NCBI GenBank assembly: GCA_048013815.1
Contig: CM106586.1
Location: 9,796,001 to 9,860,000, forward strand
Length of the DNA: 64,000 nucleotides
DNA from: Setoptus koraiensis
Lineage: Eukaryota; Animalia; Arthropoda
Direction: 5' to 3'
This document shows, piece by piece, positions 1-8,841 of the stretch. A program made the translations under genes and the position numbers. Positions within the stretch are counted from its first letter, which is position 1. Every line of letters starts with the position of its first letter. The notes under the pieces are model-generated. The model was not told the DNA's origin, made no database searches, and saw only the letters and a program-made list of their open reading frames with translations.

Positions 1-1
1 C

Positions 2-322
2 AAGACCGTCTTTGAGAGATTGTGGGAACTTATGAACTCCAAACTGTCGCATGATTCCAAATTGAGATGCGCCGTTGTGGACGTATTCTACATGTTCTAT
101 GGTAGGTCCATTAGAGGCGACATGTCGAGCAGTCGACACAGCCATCCAAATTACAAGCCTAAAAAGAAGAAAAAGAAGAAGGACAAGGATAGGGATAAAG
201 AAAAAGACAAGAAAGACAAAGAAAGAAAGAAACAGAAGAAGCTGGAGAAGCTGAAACTATTGGAGGCCTTGGGCCATCATCAGCCGCAACAGAATTCCGA
301 ACACGACAAACACACAAACTAG
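2..322 (+). CDS. TAF2: TFIID subunit 2, 3' end (5'-partial, runs off the window)
   Basis: Frame open from base 2. LWELMNSKLSHDSKLRCAVVDVF resembles the TAF2 C-terminal motif LWKLMNSGTSHDWRLRCGAVDL and is followed by the typical Lys-rich tail (KPKKKKKKDKDRDKEK). Stop at 320-322. Confidence 0.8.
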   Translation, partial: KTVFERLWELMNSKLSHDSKLRCAVVDVFYMFYGRSIRGDMSSSRHSHPNYKPKKKKKKKDKDRDKEKDKKDKERKKQKKLEKLKLLEALGHHQPQQNSEHDKHTN

Positions 323-458
323 AATACTGATGCAAAAACATAAACTAGAATCAAAACGGTGATTGTTGGAAAATTCCATTTTTATATAGTAACAAAAAAG
401 AGAGATTAAATTCATATTCATCTTTCATATTTTTATATACATTATTACGAGTTCTTGT

Positions 459-1604
459 TTACATTTTTAGCATTTCTACTTGGACTTTGGACGGTGGCCG
501 GATTCCGTTGCGAAGATAAAGTACCCCATCTAGTGCTACTATAGGCAATCCATTGTCACGATGATAGACGATTAAATGGCTTATATCATTGAATGTCTTC
601 TCTTTGGTTCGCACAACGCCCATAGCATCTACGAGCAGGAGGTGACGTTTGACATTATTGTGCATGGCGCTTAGCACAAATTGACCAGGGTTCAGGTATG
701 ACTCCCTGACCAAGAAGTCGCCGTCCTGCTTGAGTCGAGTCTCACTATCTTCTCGACTTAGATATGGTCCATGATACCACTCTTCATTTTGAAGGGAAGC
801 TCTGATCACAGATCGCATATCCTCTTGGTTCGCAGATATTTCTAATTTAGGGGTCTTTGGTGGTTCCATGAGATCTAGATCGAGAGTGTTGTGGGTAGCT
901 AATGCTGAGGGCGTTTTGATCATTCTTCTGTCTATCCTTAGCGTGGTACTGTTACTGGATATCTGCTGAGCCCTCTTCTGAAACGCTTTCGCTATAGTGG
1001 CGAGAACACTTTTCGCCATTTCATACCCACATTCCAGGACGAAGCAAGCTCTACCAAATTTTGGATCCTTTGCCACATAGGCGACGAAATCTACTGTGTC
1101 TTCATCACCACTAGAAGCGAAAGAGACATTGGGCATCTCATGTGTTATAATGATTTCTCTAGTATCACACGAAACTATATTGAGGTGGCTGCTAGTGACA
1201 CATAACTGTACTTTGGTTCCTGAATGTAATAAGTTGGGTGCATCAGCTAGCATTGGTCCGACGTCTTCGTTTCTCTTGATTGATACTGGATTCGTTGGAT
1301 ACTTTCTCAGATTCGTAGCTTTGCACAATCTACTAATGGACTCTTTAGCGACTGCTGATCTAGTTTCTGGCTCCATTTTTCTAATTGAAGTTTTCACTTC
1401 GATACAACCAACATACTTATTAAATGAAGAGAGAAAGAATTGAGCGTGATTAATTCTTATGATCTGAAAAGACCCTACCAGATCTAGTTCTTGCGGAGAT
1501 TTACTTACTTTTGTTACAGATTTGCTGCCGTCTTCATTTTCTCTCACTGATACATGGCAGTAGTCCTCCTCTTTGAGGGGCGAGTATGAAAAATGCGTTG
1601 TCAT
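459..1604 (-). CDS. Shc: Shc adaptor protein (PTB + SH2)
   Basis: Shc-type PTB motifs YVGCIEV, HEMPNVSFASSGDEDTVDFVAYVAKDP..RACFVLEC; C-terminal SH2 EEWYHG...GDFLVRES. One continuous ORF; a 63-nt in-frame intron near 1410-1480 cannot be excluded. Confidence 0.9.
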   Translation of the reverse strand: MTTHFSYSPLKEEDYCHVSVRENEDGSKSVTKVSKSPQELDLVGSFQIIRINHAQFFLSSFNKYVGCIEVKTSIRKMEPETRSAVAKESISRLCKATNLRKYPTNPVSIKRNEDVGPMLADAPNLLHSGTKVQLCVTSSHLNIVSCDTREIIITHEMPNVSFASSGDEDTVDFVAYVAKDPKFGRACFVLECGYEMAKSVLATIAKAFQKRAQQISSNSTTLRIDRRMIKTPSALATHNTLDLDLMEPPKTPKLEISANQEDMRSVIRASLQNEEWYHGPYLSREDSETRLKQDGDFLVRESYLNPGQFVLSAMHNNVKRHLLLVDAMGVVRTKEKTFNDISHLIVYHRDNGLPIVALDGVLYLRNGIRPPSKVQVEMLKM

Positions 1605-1902
1605 TTTAGATGTCTAGGATGTAACTTGAAATATTGCCTAAGATTACGTTGGTGTAAGATCAATATGAGATAATAACTTGTTGAACAGTCCGGTAACAGT
1701 ATGTGGCTATGGTGTTAATAATAATATTTATAGTTGATTGGACAGACAAAATAAGAACAGTATGTAATCCTATCCAGATTATAGGAGTTTCATCATAAGT
1801 AATTTGATTCCATTAGTATCATGTCATCTAATATTTATTGTTGTGATGGTGATATTTCGTCACACATTTTCCTAGGTCCTAAGTTTGCTATTTTTACAAG
1901 TA

Positions 1903-2488
1903 TTGTGATTTGACCCGTGAAATGAAATAAAAATCGTCAACAATGTCTCCATGCGACACCATTTACGATACGGCTAATTTGATGAAAATGGATATCGGAT
2001 CACTTTAGATTAGTAAAATTAATAATAACAACAATAATATCGATATTGAATCGAGTTGCAGATTGCAATATAAATAAACATTTGTGCTGATTTGTTGTTG
2101 TCAGTTCATTTTCACGAAACTACCACATTATCGAGAGCAAGAAAAACAACATGCACAAATTCTCTCTGAACATAATGCAAGACTTCACGTTTTGGACGTG
2201 CTAGGCATGGCGTTACTCTCGCTCGAAGCTCTTAGCATGCCAAGTTCAGGATGGGCCTGGACATTTGTTATTGCTTGTGATACAAGCCTTGTTTAATTTA
2301 ATCAACTAGAATACTTGCCAACAAGATAAATTTCATTCGTTGAGAATCTCTGTCAATCTAACGTTCACTACAACAAGTGAACGAAAGACAGTGGACAGTG
2401 GCAATCCATCCGATCATAGATATACATCGTGCATGAACAACGACCCCTTCAACAACTCAACGATAAATGATTACACTTGTTGAAACAT
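1903..2488 (+). repeat. Direct repeat, left copy (586 bp), flanking the P450
   Basis: Matches 4113-4701; I count about 7 substitutions and one 3-bp indel. Confidence 0.95.
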
Positions 2489-2621
2489 CAGTGGTTATGA
2501 TTTAAGTATATTAAAATCATCATCCAAGCAGTGGTGTCACTCCTCTGGTACCACACTCACGGTATCAAGTTCATTCAAGCATTATTTTTAGGTTGTTGAT
2601 TTTATTTGTCTTGATACAACA

Positions 2622-4118
2622 ATGGAGCGTCCGTCTATTAATACAATTTATGATTGGTTTAGTCTTAAGCAAATTGTCATAGGCTCGGCAACCTATGTAA
2701 CTATTCGTGTTATTTTGTTTGTTTACAATCGATATAAGCTGTACCAAACATTCAAGAAATTATCAATACCAGGACCAAAACCAAATTTGTTAGATGGAAA
2801 TTTATCAAACAAGAGGGCAGATAAGGCACAATTCATGGTAGTGCAAAGATGGAGGGAGAAATATGGAAAAGTTTTTGGTTACTTCATCGGAGATTTACCC
2901 ATCCTTGTTATTTCTGATCCTGTGATACTTCGTGAATTTCTCATTAATAACCAGGAAGTATTCATCAACCGAGCCCCTCCATTCATTGATGTGAGACCTC
3001 TCTCAAACAGCATACTCTTTGCCAGAGGAAACCACTGGAAATCGATGCGTAAAGCACTGACTCCCGCCTTCAGCCTCTACCGTTTCAAAGGAGAAGAGGG
3101 GACCAGATTTATCGACGACAGTATTAGCTTAATGATTGACTACTTATCCAAGAAACAACGGAAATCCAGGTCAAATGGAGACCCTATGGTAGTGGACATA
3201 CTCAGTCTCATGAAAGCCACTGCTCTTCATCTTATATCAACAATGGCAATCGAACTTGAAGATGTAAAAGTCAAAGAAGACGAGCAACATGTTAGGGTGT
3301 TGGATGAATATCTCGAAAATTGTGATGGCACTGTAGTTGGGTGGGCTATAAAATTACCAATACTTCAAACCATATGCTCTTTCATAGGAAGTAATATCAC
3401 TCTGGGTAAGATTCAAGACGACATTTTGAGTGAACTAAGAGCTAAATTGAAAAAATTACTACATTCAGACACATCCAAGAGTAGAAATATCTTTGAAACC
3501 ATGGTACAACTCCATAAAGAAGGCTCACTCAGCAATATAGAAGTTTTGGGGAACTCAATGGCTCTATTATTTGCTGGTTACGATACAACAGCCACTACTT
3601 TGGCTTATTTCTTTTGGGCTATATCAAAACATCGAGACATTCAAGACAGATTGAGATCTGAGATAATATCGCATGGTTGCGAGTCTGCATATCTGAAAAT
3701 GGTTTTAAATGAAACCATGAGGCTATATCCCACCGTGATCTCGTTCACTCAGAGAGAGGCATCCAGAGATATCACTATCGATGATCTCACGATAAAGAAA
3801 GGTGTTGTTGTAGTCGTAAGTTCCTGGCTTCTCCACCGTGACCCCGACATTTGGCGTGAGCCCGAGAAGTTCGATCCAGAAAGGTTCGTCGACATGAAGA
3901 AGATTGATACTTGCGCTTTCGTTCCATTCGGAATCGGTAATCGCTTATGTCTAGGCTATCAATTGGCTATGTTGGAGATGCGACTAATAGCAACAGAGTT
4001 ACTGATGACTTATGATTTTAGTCTTGTTAGTCCGAACACTCTAAGCTTTGTCACGTCTGGCAGTGTTTTGACTAAACCTGTAGATACTATTAGGCTGGAA
4101 TTGAAACCATTGTTGTGA
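2622..4118 (+). CDS. Cytochrome P450, CYP3-clan-like, intronless (498 aa)
   Basis: N-terminal membrane anchor, WxxxR (HWKSMR), I-helix AGYDTT, ExxR (ETMR), PERF (FDPERF), heme motif FVPFGIGNRLCLG. Confidence 0.95.
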   Translation: MERPSINTIYDWFSLKQIVIGSATYVTIRVILFVYNRYKLYQTFKKLSIPGPKPNLLDGNLSNKRADKAQFMVVQRWREKYGKVFGYFIGDLPILVISDPVILREFLINNQEVFINRAPPFIDVRPLSNSILFARGNHWKSMRKALTPAFSLYRFKGEEGTRFIDDSISLMIDYLSKKQRKSRSNGDPMVVDILSLMKATALHLISTMAIELEDVKVKEDEQHVRVLDEYLENCDGTVVGWAIKLPILQTICSFIGSNITLGKIQDDILSELRAKLKKLLHSDTSKSRNIFETMVQLHKEGSLSNIEVLGNSMALLFAGYDTTATTLAYFFWAISKHRDIQDRLRSEIISHGCESAYLKMVLNETMRLYPTVISFTQREASRDITIDDLTIKKGVVVVVSSWLLHRDPDIWREPEKFDPERFVDMKKIDTCAFVPFGIGNRLCLGYQLAMLEMRLIATELLMTYDFSLVSPNTLSFVTSGSVLTKPVDTIRLELKPLL

Positions 4119-4701
4119 TTTGACCCGTGAAATGAAATAATAAAAATCGTCAACAATGTCTCCATGCGACACCAGTTACGATACGGCTAATTTGATGAAA
4201 ATGGATATCGGATCACTTTAGATTAGTAAAATTAATAATAACAACAATAATATCGATATTGAATCGAGTTGCAGATTGCAATATAAATAAACATTTGTGC
4301 TGATTTGTTGTTGTCAGTTCATTTTCACGAAACTACCACATTATCGAGAGCAAGAAAAACAACATGCACAAATTCTCTCTGAACATAATGCAAGACTTCA
4401 CGTTTTGGACGTGCTAGGCATGGCGTTACTCTCGCTCGAAGCTCTTAGCATGCCAAGTTCAGGATGGGCCTGGACATTTGTTATTGCTTGTGATACAAGC
4501 CTTGTTTAATTTAATCAACTAGAATACTTGCCAACAGGATAAATTTTATTCTTCGAGAATCCCTGTCAATCTAACGTTCACTACAACAAGTGAACGAAAG
4601 ACAGTGGACAGTGGCAATCCATCCGATCATAGATATACATCGTGCATGAACAACGACCCCTTTAACAACTCAACGATAAATGATTACACTTGTTGAAACA
4701 T
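4113..4701 (+). repeat. Direct repeat, right copy (589 bp); starts across the P450 stop codon
   Basis: Begins ttgTGA (stop 4116-4118), includes the AATAAA just downstream, and ends at ...tgaaacat like the left copy. Confidence 0.95.
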
Positions 4702-4751
4702 AGATAGAATCAATAGACATTCATTTGTGGTGGATTTGAATCGACAGAAAC

Positions 4752-5189
4752 ATGGCTATATCCTCGGAGCAGTTCATACAGTCAGCGCCAGAGATGATGC
4801 CAGCAGAGTTTAGGAAAAGCTTCACTCAAATGACGGAGCTTGAACAAAAGAGCAAATATCTTCTAAATAATATTAAAAAGAAGATAGAAGACTATAGGAG
4901 TTCTCTCAAGATGAGAAAACGCAACGAAATCTACGATGAAATTATGACAGAATTCGAAACTGCCCAAGACACTGTAAATGACAAAATGAAACTCACTTGT
5001 CAAACTTATGATATAATTGATAAACACTTGAAAAGTCTCAAGATCAGCCTGAAGCGAAGAGGCGATGGTTCGGGTCGCAAACAGATAGTGATTGCATGCC
5101 CCGAATCTCTAACAAACCCAATACAAATTGAGCCCGAATCACACACCAATGCACCCGTGTTATTGGATATTAATTTGCACAATAAATAA
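4752..5189 (+). CDS. ING-family (ING4/5-like) N-terminal domain protein lacking the PHD finger
   Basis: MPAEFRKSFTQMTELEQK...DKMKLTCQTYDIIDKHLKSL resembles ING4/5 LPFELQRNFQLMRDLDQR...[20 protein letters not shown]. Stops at 145 aa. Confidence 0.7.
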   Translation: MAISSEQFIQSAPEMMPAEFRKSFTQMTELEQKSKYLLNNIKKKIEDYRSSLKMRKRNEIYDEIMTEFETAQDTVNDKMKLTCQTYDIIDKHLKSLKISLKRRGDGSGRKQIVIACPESLTNPIQIEPESHTNAPVLLDINLHNK

Positions 5190-5289
5190 CTAACAACGAA
5201 ATAACTCATCAGTCTAGACTCTATAGTCTAGAGAACTCATCATTATCTCGGTTGAATGATCCACTTCCGGCGACTTGTGTCACTGATGC

Positions 5290-6800
5290 CAACCCTTGCA
5301 TCAATGAGAGAAATTGTCAGAGAGTGTTGTTGTGACAGAGTGCCAGTGGCACGAGCACGAGTGAAGGCGATTCTGCATAGCGGGACACAAGTCGATCACG
5401 AGTTACCGCGAGGTGGGCGCGCAACGGGATAGCGGTCGGGGGAGTCCCGCCCATCGGAGATTCCTTCTCCCGCCGGGAGACGTCTCCCTGGCGGGGGACA
5501 AAGCACCGTAGATTTGCTCGATTTGCGCCGATGTTTTCTCTGTTTTTCATGAATCTCATATCATCCTGTTATTATATTCGCTTTATTTTTGATTATTGAT
5601 ACTGAAATTGGGTGGCACCAAGATGAAAACAAGAGTGCGGAAGACGAACTCCCCTCTGCCGCTTTCGGTCATTTTGAGTTTGAATTTGCCGCACTCGTCC
5701 AACAGGATGTAATCCTGGGTGTCGCGGAACTACCGTCGTGCTTCGCAATGTAGTGTGAATTTTGTGCAAGTTGGATTCACTGTGCTCCGGCAAACCGTTC
5801 ATCTGAAGGTTCGAAGCGAAGACTGAACCTTCAAATGAACCCTGTTGTCGGCAAGTGCACGCGAACACAGTGCACAACTGATCGAGTTTATCTCTTTGCG
5901 AACATCAATGGTTACGCCGGGATTTGTTACAGTTGCGACGACTCGTTCCAGGGGGACGCCTGTCAGATGCATGCCAGCAATGGGTGCAATGCACTTGTGC
6001 ACTATTGTTTCCATTGTGTGTGCTCTAGCTCACGCACAACATCTGGTTCGGGGAACAACTACGAGAGGCGCTCGCAACGCCTCACAACTGCGCTCAACCT
6101 TAGCCTCACTAAACTCTCGCTCTAATCTAGAGTACACTTGTAACAAAAACAAGCGAGCTCCGACACAAGTGCAGGCCCACTCGATCAAGCGCCCCGTTCC
6201 GCCATTTGTGAACAAACACACACAGGTAGAGGGGTCCATGTCGAGCCGCATGTTACCAACATTATTATCATGATGTTACCAACATCGTAGTAGCTGAAAA
6301 TCGAACGTAGAAATCCGGTGAGCGCGCCCTCGCGGATTTTTGTTTAATCGATTACGTGAGTACTTCGAAAGATACGCACACACAAAGCCCGGACTGTGCG
6401 GATGTGTTCTGCAGTCGCGAGCATTTGCGCTTTATTACCATCGTCGCAAGTCGTATCGGGTCCGCGCAGGACCTCAGAGGCGGACCTGGCACCGCCTCTT
6501 CATAGGTCTCCGTATCCATTGACTGCTGTGACGGTGTCAATCAGAGGACTGGATTTTCAAGGGGACCCGCTCAATAGGAGATGAAGCAGACGAGGCCTCT
6601 GGGGCCACGAGGCTGGGGTCAGAACGTCTAAAAGATGCAAAAGTTTTCTTTTTGCCCGCATCCGGCTTGACGTGATCGAATCAAAGTCACGCACAAATGA
6701 TGACCGGGTTTCGCTCTCTGCGGGCCTATTCTCGACGAACAATACCCTTGTAGACAATACCCTGTGCACGCACAAAATGCTGTTTTGTGCATGTTTGAGC
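5290..6800. other. Unassigned GC-richer, hairpin-rich segment with broken ORFs (possible decayed mobile or viral element)
   Basis: Several inverted repeats (5797-5840, 6311-6339, ~5475-5488, ~6770-6790) and short ORFs on both strands. Weak resemblance of the minus-strand NLQMNGLPE...HPVGR to LINE ORF1. Confidence 0.25.
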
Positions 6801-6911
6801 ACGATTACCATCGCCTCTACAGTGGTATATATTGAGAAATGTGCTCGCTAATTTGACATTCACCTACACCAGCTTCACTATACTTATTTGTCTTTTAGCC
6901 AATCTTTTTTT

Positions 6912-7191
6912 TATCGACATACTCAATAGTTCCGGATATAGAAAATCTTTTACCATTATCTACCATCGCTACACATACTACAATATTAGAATTATTACCA
7001 ATACCAAATTATTGTCAGAATGCTTTATTTGCGTGCAGCTAGAGAATTCAGACCTCTCCTCAATGGTTGTAGGACATTCAAAACAGAGACTGCATCGTCA
7101 CCTTCATCATCCCTAAAGGGTGTACTAGCGCAAAAGATTGTTGAACACCAGAAAAAAGTCAAAGAATTTCGTGGCGTTCATGGACACAAAG
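6912..7191 (+). repeat. Citrate synthase 5' flank and presequence, donor copy duplicated at NDUFS8
   Basis: 6912-7110 and 7171-7191 align with 50363-50564 and 50565-50585. Confidence 0.92.
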
Positions 7192-8408
7192 TCATTGGTG
7201 AGATCACGGTCGATCAGGCGTACGGTGGTATGCGCGGACTTAAGACATTAGTTACTGAAACATCATACTTAGATCCTGACGAGGGTATCGCATTTCGTGG
7301 ATATTCCATACCCCAAATTAGAAAACTTTTACCATCAGCAGACGATGGCCAAGAGCCACTACCAGAGGGTCTACTTTGGTTGCTATTGACTGGCGAGATA
7401 CCAACCAAAGATCAAGTCAAATCTGTCTCAAAGGAACTGGCTCAGCATGCTGATTTATCATCACATGTAGTATCAATGTTAAATAATTTACCCTCTAACA
7501 CACACCCTATGTCACAATTCTCTGCGGCCATCACTGTGTCCAACTCGGAATCTCTTTTTGCTAAGGCATACGCCCAAGGTGTACCAAAGGCCGTCTACTG
7601 GGAGTATGTCTATGAAGACTCGATTCGCTTGATAGCGAAATTGCCCACAATTGCAGCTACTATCTATAAAAATCTTTACCGAGACGGTTCGTCAATTGGA
7701 GCGGTCAGCTCCGATAAGGATTGGAGTGCCAATTTTACATCAATGTTAGGCTACACTGATCAACAATTCACCGAATTAATGCGTCTCTATCTGACTATTC
7801 ACAGCGACCACGAAGGAGGCAATGTGAGCGCTCATGCCACCCATCTAGTTGGTAGTGCTCTATCTGATCCATTTTTGTCCTTTGCTGCGGGCATGAATGG
7901 ACTTGCGGGACCATTACACGGACTAGCCAATCAAGAGGTGCTTATTTTTATAAAGAAACTACAAAAAGAACTTGGTGCTGACTTTACTGAGAATCAGTTA
8001 AAAGAATTTATATGGAAGCATCTGAAATCAGGACAGGTTGTGCCGGGCTACGGACACGCTGTTTTACGTAAGACTGATCCGCGTTACACAGCTCAGAGAG
8101 AATTTGCCTTGAAACATTTCCCCGATGATAACATGTTCAAACTGGTATCTACTTTATATAAGGTGGTACCAACAATTTTGTTAGAATTGGGCAAGGTAAA
8201 AAACCCATGGCCTAACGTGGACGCGCACTCTGGCGTACTTCTAACCTACTACGGTATGACTGAGATGAACTTTTACACTGTTCTCTTTGGAGTCTCAAGA
8301 GCTCTTGGAGTTTGTTCATCTTTGGTTTGGGATAGAGCTTTGGGATTACCTATAGAACGCCCTAAATCGATGACCACTGAGGGACTGATGAAATTGGTTG
8401 GTTCATAG
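7020..8408 (+). CDS. CS: Citrate synthase, mitochondrial, intronless (462 aa)
   Basis: Catalytic motifs [45 protein letters not shown]; Arg-rich N-terminal presequence. Confidence 0.98.
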   Translation: MLYLRAAREFRPLLNGCRTFKTETASSPSSSLKGVLAQKIVEHQKKVKEFRGVHGHKVIGEITVDQAYGGMRGLKTLVTETSYLDPDEGIAFRGYSIPQIRKLLPSADDGQEPLPEGLLWLLLTGEIPTKDQVKSVSKELAQHADLSSHVVSMLNNLPSNTHPMSQFSAAITVSNSESLFAKAYAQGVPKAVYWEYVYEDSIRLIAKLPTIAATIYKNLYRDGSSIGAVSSDKDWSANFTSMLGYTDQQFTELMRLYLTIHSDHEGGNVSAHATHLVGSALSDPFLSFAAGMNGLAGPLHGLANQEVLIFIKKLQKELGADFTENQLKEFIWKHLKSGQVVPGYGHAVLRKTDPRYTAQREFALKHFPDDNMFKLVSTLYKVVPTILLELGKVKNPWPNVDAHSGVLLTYYGMTEMNFYTVLFGVSRALGVCSSLVWDRALGLPIERPKSMTTEGLMKLVGS

Positions 8409-8454
8409 ATATGTTTTTAGTTTTGACAAAAAAAGAATGATTCAGTTTATTAAA

Positions 8455-8841
8455 TTACGTGTTAAACCGACGCTGATATCTTCTGTAATGTTGCGGTGTA
8501 TTTTGGTTGCTAGTCGACTGCCTGCTTTGTTTTCGTTTCCTATCTCGTTCTTGATCCCTATCTCTTTCCTCCTGTTCCTTTCCTTTTTGGTAGCGGAACT
8601 CTTCCAAAGAGCCAACAGAAGATCCTAAATCTCTATTCCTTTCCATTATTTCCTTGTCGTAACTTAGGCCCATCGTTTCGATATTGATAAACAATTGTGA
8701 CAGGCATACCAATTTGTCGATGGTATACCCTTTGTCCTTGTGGGCCAAAATGAAATCCTTGCGTAGTTTCCATTGATGCGGCAATTCATAGTTTTTCCTA
8801 TACACGTCGACATTTTTCTCATTTAGATGGGATGTAGTCAT
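8455..8841 (-). CDS. XRN2-binding domain (XTBD) protein, PAXT-1/CDKN2AIPNL-like
   Basis: YRKNYELPHQWKLRKDFILAH...DKLVCLSQLFINIETMGLSYDKEIME fits the XTBD pattern; charged C-terminal tail. First ATG at 8841. Confidence 0.75.
   Translation of the reverse strand: MTTSHLNEKNVDVYRKNYELPHQWKLRKDFILAHKDKGYTIDKLVCLSQLFINIETMGLSYDKEIMERNRDLGSSVGSLEEFRYQKGKEQEERDRDQERDRKRKQSRQSTSNQNTPQHYRRYQRRFNT

Noticed and set aside
1096-1443. Antisense ORFs inside Shc and other conserved genes
   Set aside because: Shadow frames of real coding sequence.
2084-2296. Identical 70-aa ORFs at 2084 and 4297
   Set aside because: GTG-started, no recognisable motif; identical only because they lie inside the duplication.
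1904-4700. LTR retroelement reading of the P450 repeats (they start TG and end CA)
   Set aside because: No target-site duplication (agtat versus tagat), no convincing PBS or polypurine tract, no gag/pol; the repeat is the gene's own 3' region.
5835-6125. Cys-rich ORF as the missing ING PHD exon
   Set aside because: Spacing only loosely PHD-like and lacks the highly conserved ING PHD residues.
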